From contig OZ037840.1 of the NCBI GenBank assembly GCA_964035575.1, forward strand, positions 124,001-188,000: a DNA stretch of 64,000 nucleotides. The letters run 5' to 3'. The notes under the pieces were generated by a model. The model saw nothing but the letters and a program-made list of their open reading frames with translations, did no database searches and was not told where the DNA came from. The DNA comes from Rhynchopus sp. YZ270_cl-10. Its lineage: Eukaryota. The position numbers and the translations under genes are program-made. Of the stretch, positions 59,583 to 64,000 are shown one piece after another (position 1 is the stretch's first letter; every line of letters begins with the position of its first letter).

Positions 59583-60232
59583 GGAAATAAACAACAAATG
59601 GTTCTCATACCAAAGTTGTTGTGGCGGCGTAGGTGTATAAAATAAACAACAAGAGGTTCTTATACCTAGTTGTTGTGGCGGCGTAAGTGTTGAAAATAAA
59701 CAACAAGAGGTTCTTATACCTAGTTGTTGTGGCGGCGTAAGTGTTGAAAATAAACAACAAGAGGTTCTTATACCTAGTTGTTGTGGCGGCGTAAGTGTAT
59801 AAAATAAACAACAAGAGGTTCTTATACCTAGTTGTTGCAGCGGTGCATGTGTAGAAAAATAAACAACAAGAGGTTCTTATACCTAGTTGTTGTGGCGGCG
59901 TAAGTGTATAAAATAAACAACAAGAGGCTCTTATACCTAGTTGTTGTGGCGGCGTAAGTGTTGAAAATAAACAACAAGAGGTTCTTATACCTAGTTGTTG
60001 CAGCGGTGCATGTGTAGAAAAATAAACAACAAGAGGTTCTTATACCTTGTTGTTGTGGCGGCGTAAGTGTTGAAAATAAACAACAAGAGGTTCTTATACC
60101 TAGTTGTTGTAGCGGTGCATGTGTATAAAATAAACAACAAGAGGTTCTTATACCTAGTTGTTGTGGCGGCGTAGGTGTAGAAAATAAACAACAAATGGTT
60201 CTTATACCAAAGTTGTTGTGGCGGCGCAGGTG
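59583..60232. repeat. Minisatellite, 12 units of 54-55 bp, each with an internal hairpin
   Basis: Consensus AAAATAAACAACAAGAGGTTCTTATACCTAGTTGTTGTGGCGGCGTAAGTGTTG. Confidence 0.92.
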
Positions 60233-60736
60233 TCCTCGTACGACGGAGAAGCGTCATGACAGTGAGAATACCTCACTTGTTCACATGTTCTGTACTTCTT
60301 TTTTCTTTTTTTTTTTTTTTTTTTTTGAAAAATAAATAAAACTCCTCTCGAAATTGTTCAAGATTGAACTGAGAGAAAGAAGAAACCCCAAACCCTCCCA
60401 GACCAAACGGTCTAACCTGTTGTATTGACATAGTGTGGGGAGAATGAGGAGCACAAGAATCGTCTTCGCGCATACTAAAAGATTTCCTACGATATGTCAC
60501 AAGTGTCATGTCACCGAAAAAAAAAAAAAATGGGTCAAAAAATCGACTTGTCTTTGGTAAAACAACGAAAATTTGGGTATGACGTCGTCATAACGTGGGG
60601 GTGCCCCCGTCATGACGACGTAGCGCGCGTATTTTCACCCCGTTTCTGCCCCCATCACTCGTCACGTAATGTCATTCCGAAGTCCACCGTGTATTTGTAC
60701 ACATTTTCTTATCACATTTATCCTCCAGTGCCCAGT

Positions 60737-62656
60737 ATGTCACAAAATGATCAGTCACGGCAAGGTCAGAGTTTCCCCGAAACGCTGGAGGCCATGCACC
60801 TAGAAGGCGAGGGCCCGTCCCGGCGGTGGTTCGGCAAGGCGAACAAGCGTCATCGTGAGGAAACGGGGGAATCCGCGGGGTTGAGCCCGAAACGCATGCG
60901 TGTCATAGAGGAGCCGCAGCGCGAAGAGACGAGGGAGAGGCTGCACAGGGGGTTGCTTGGTACATGCGAGTACTTGGAGGAAGAGTTTGTCGCTCTTGGC
61001 CACATCAGGTCGTCAGCTGCGCTGGCCTTGGTGCTGTACAGTGATGGCTACACCCCATTCGGCATGAAACCGAGTAATGCACGCACGCGCTTCTCCGTGG
61101 GCATCATAGACCCCCTCTCCGGCTTATCAACCAGGGGATTGACGGTGGTTGACCTGAAGAAGGCGGAGTATGCGGTGTGGGAGCACGGCACCCTCATTGA
61201 CGATATTGCACTCGTGCACAGGTCAAGTGTCATGAGGAACGTGGAGCGAAAGGGCAAACCGCGGACTCTCGTGAGCCGGTTCTTCGTGCTGAAGATCACT
61301 GGTGACCACCTTGACCAGTGGTGTAAGGTGAAGGGTTGCGGGGGGAGGGGCCACAAGTGTACCATGTGTGCCATCCCAATGTCGCAGTGGCTGCTGATGA
61401 CGCACCGCTTTCCCCACCTCTCCTTGCAAGAGATGTCGGATGCCGGCTTTCCTTCTTTCCTCGCAGGAGTAGCCCCAAACGCTCACTTCGTCAGCCCCCC
61501 CCTGCACGACCTCAAGGGTATGGCTGAGTGTTTGCGCGATGTCATGAAGCCCCAGACCACTGGTGTCTTCGACAGTGTGTGCCGACACTTCAGGTACGAC
61601 CTGAGCGGGGGGAACTCCAAAGGGAGCCAAATGCGGGACGTGATCCGCAAAATGGCTGAACTGGCGGATTACCCCCTCGTCGACAGACTCATGTTCATTT
61701 CTTTGAGTGAGCTGTCGAACTTCAGGTACGGCGACGTCCCTTGGAGGCACCATGCGAAGGCTGAGCCCGCGGCTCTCTTCCCCTTTCTTCGCGCACGCAT
61801 CGCAGGCCACGTTTTCTTGTGCCTCATGGAAACCGTCTCCCCCAAGAGCACCCTCAGCACCTACTGCCACAGCATGCAGCACTGGTGGAGTCCGCTAGAT
61901 GCTGTTCCTCTCCTCAACAACGACGAGCCAGAGGAACAGGAGAACGGACAGAGGAAGCGTGGTGCGAGTAACACGAGTGTCGCCACCTACGAAGAAATTC
62001 AGGCAACCTCAGAGGTGGCGAGGAGGGCGAGGCAGACCCCGTGGAAGGTAGCGGACCTATCTGATGAAGGGCTAAAGGGGAAAAAGGACATCATCCTCTG
62101 TCCCTGCATCAGTAGCACGCATGCGATGGTACTCGCGACGTACGTTTTGTGCACGCAACTCAGTGAGAAAAAAAGTGGTTTTGTTTTTTTTTCGGGGGGA
62201 TACTGTCTTTTTCGTTTTCCAAAAGGGAGAGGACGCGCAAAAGTGTGCCTCTGTTCTACAGACCCTCCATCTGATGAAAAATTTGAGCTTTTTGTAGCCA
62301 GTGATAACAAATTCAATGAGTTTGAAGCTGCTGCAATTGCAGAGTGTGACGAGGAGAACGGTTCACAAGGGAATGAGGAACCGGAGGGAGACGGCACTGC
62401 GGCGTGTGATTTTTGTGAGAAGCCAATGGCCGCAAATTCTCTTGCGGTTCACATTGACAACACACATCGCAGGAAAGACAGCAGTCTCAGTGCTGTTTGT
62501 CCCATATCTCCGTGTAGCAAAACAGTCAAATCTTTGACTAGGCACATGGAGTTGAAACATCCAGATTTTTTTTTTGAAGAGAACAGATGCAAATTATGTT
62601 TTTTGTTGTTTCAATCTTCTGAAGAATGGGTAGCACATTGTGAAGGTCATGCGTAG
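60737..62656 (+). CDS. RAG1/Transib-like DDE transposase with C-terminal C2H2 zinc fingers (639 aa from ATG 60737)
   Basis: Motifs in RAG1-core order: YSDG..RFS, TGD, CTMC, GV..PPLHDLKG, TYCHSMQH, DEPEEQENG. C-terminal CDFC..H..H, CPISPC..H..H and CKLC..H..H. The ATG follows a pyrimidine-rich AG. Confidence 0.75.
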   Translation: MSQNDQSRQGQSFPETLEAMHLEGEGPSRRWFGKANKRHREETGESAGLSPKRMRVIEEPQREETRERLHRGLLGTCEYLEEEFVALGHIRSSAALALVLYSDGYTPFGMKPSNARTRFSVGIIDPLSGLSTRGLTVVDLKKAEYAVWEHGTLIDDIALVHRSSVMRNVERKGKPRTLVSRFFVLKITGDHLDQWCKVKGCGGRGHKCTMCAIPMSQWLLMTHRFPHLSLQEMSDAGFPSFLAGVAPNAHFVSPPLHDLKGMAECLRDVMKPQTTGVFDSVCRHFRYDLSGGNSKGSQMRDVIRKMAELADYPLVDRLMFISLSELSNFRYGDVPWRHHAKAEPAALFPFLRARIAGHVFLCLMETVSPKSTLSTYCHSMQHWWSPLDAVPLLNNDEPEEQENGQRKRGASNTSVATYEEIQATSEVARRARQTPWKVADLSDEGLKGKKDIILCPCISSTHAMVLATYVLCTQLSEKKSGFVFFSGGYCLFRFPKGRGRAKVCLCSTDPPSDEKFELFVASDNKFNEFEAAAIAECDEENGSQGNEEPEGDGTAACDFCEKPMAANSLAVHIDNTHRRKDSSLSAVCPISPCSKTVKSLTRHMELKHPDFFFEENRCKLCFLLFQSSEEWVAHCEGHA

Positions 62657-64000
62657 TATCAGATCAGGTACAGTGGGTGAGGGCGAGGATCATGCATTTT
62701 GTTTTTTTGTTTTTGAAAAGTTGGTTGTATTAGTGTAGCCACCCTAGAGTGTGCTCCACTAATATTTTTTTGTTTTTTTTTCATTTGGGTATTCACTCTT
62801 TTTTTTTGTTGTTCACTTCATAATCTCATCATGAAATGCTTGCCCCACCCTTTTTTTTTCACCCACCCACACCCACACCTCCCCACCATCCCTCAACAGG
62901 ATTACACCAAAACAATGAAAATTGGGTTTTAAGTACCCTATTTCTCTCAGAAGTCAGTCACTGCTATTGCCATTTAACCCAGGGAGCATAGCTAGTGCAA
63001 GAAATTCGACCTTTGGAAACTTTCCGGAAAGTCTGTCCTCTGCTCGCGGAGGACTAGACACAAGAAAATATTGCGTTCCCCCAGAAAACCAGTGCACAAT
63101 TCACACTCCTTGTGGGTGGTCTTGTTGCCTTTTCGTCATAGTAATTTTGGCCCAGGCATGTTCTTGAAGCATGACAATTTAGTGTGTATGGGGCAGGGTG
63201 TTGTTTTGTTCTGAATTCTCTTTGTTATAACATCTAAGTCAATTGCGGGTGGTGGTTTGTGTAGCGTGAGGCACTCTTTTTAACAAACTTCCTGCAGTTG
63301 CTATGCACTGTTATTTCTTCGGATTTATCATCATACAGCGTAACATAGTGGATTCGCCTGGTCGACACAACCTTTGATAGATATGGGATAACCAACCCCC
63401 TTCGACCCCTCGTGGGTTCACTAAACAAGCCCTCGTGGTAGTTAAACGCGATTGACATTTACATTCCTAGAGATGAAAGAACAAGACAACACTTCTGTAC
63501 CCGCGCATCAAAATTGTGGAAAACTTTGCACCCCAAACACCCTCAACAACGCCCGCCAAAAGGCGCCCCTTGTTGCTGGGAGTTGGTTCTCATGTTTGAT
63601 ACCTGCACAGCGGGAATTCCTCTGAGTCCAACGCATGTTTGGCCTGTCTGCGGCGTTGCACTTCAGGTGCACGAAGACAGGGTCTGGTGGTAAATTTTGC
63701 GTAGTACTGCGACGTGGTACTGCGTGGGTCTGGGAATATGGGTACCTGGGTACAGGATATTGGTTGTGTAAGACATCTTCCACCATGCATTGAGGAGGGT
63801 AAGACAGTGTTCGCAGTTTCTACCTGATAGCATTACAACATTTAACTTCTCCACGGGGGTCTTGGGCCGTTCACTCGGTTATACCTTGACTACCGGAAGA
63901 TATTCTTGAGGCCTTTTTGGTCTCTAGAATATCCGGTCTTCCCGAACGGAGGCACACTTTGTGTGTTACTACGACCTGGCAATTTCCAGCAGTAGGTTAA

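Larger units (their letters stand above)
55702..60691. mobile_element. Segment bounded by Transib/RAG-like inverted ends
   Basis: Left end CACAGTGGGCTCGTAAGGACATTACGGGAGTGATG; right end (reverse complement) CACGGTGGACTTCGGAATGACATTACGTGACGAGTGATG. CATGACG-type motifs are clustered inside both ends. No 5-bp TSD (ACCTT vs TATTT). Confidence 0.6.

Noticed and set aside
59583..60232. CRISPR array (~36-bp hairpin repeat plus ~18-bp spacer)
   Set aside because: The spacers are short, recurring variants of each other, no cas genes are present, and the context is eukaryotic.
60494..60736. Upstream start of the transposase ORF
   Set aside because: It runs through a direct repeat, poly-A and the inverted end; ATG 60737 after a pyrimidine-rich AG is more plausible.
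63234..64000. Possible convergent RAG2-like partner gene
   Set aside because: Only short broken minus-strand ORFs with no kelch or PHD pattern; it cannot be excluded beyond the window.

Overview
Eukaryotic genomic DNA, probably from a euglenozoan such as a diplonemid. That is an inference from the long same-strand gene run, mostly intron-poor CDSs, short GT-AG introns and trypanosomatid-like cyclase domains. Host genes are nearly all on the minus strand: a secreted PAN/LamG/C-type-lectin-like mosaic protein (runs off the window), a GH27 alpha-galactosidase, FAM91A1, and a tandem array of 12 membrane-anchored (about 6 TM) class III nucleotidyl-cyclase genes plus two gene fragments. Nine array members carry a single catalytically degenerate cyclase domain; three carry an intact adenylyl cyclase domain followed by a degenerate one. 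Intergenic DNA is rich in non-autonomous DNA transposons with readable TIRs and TSDs, including a 6.4-kb nest of seven elements (7469-13924). The right end holds an apparently intact RAG1/Transib-like DDE transposase with C-terminal C2H2 zinc fingers. It lies next to a ~5-kb segment bounded by RSS-heptamer-like inverted ends (CACAGTG/CACGGTG) that contains a decayed eEF2 copy, split direct repeats, a 42-bp perfect hairpin and a 12-unit hairpin minisatellite. All calls come from reading motifs by eye; no database searches were run.
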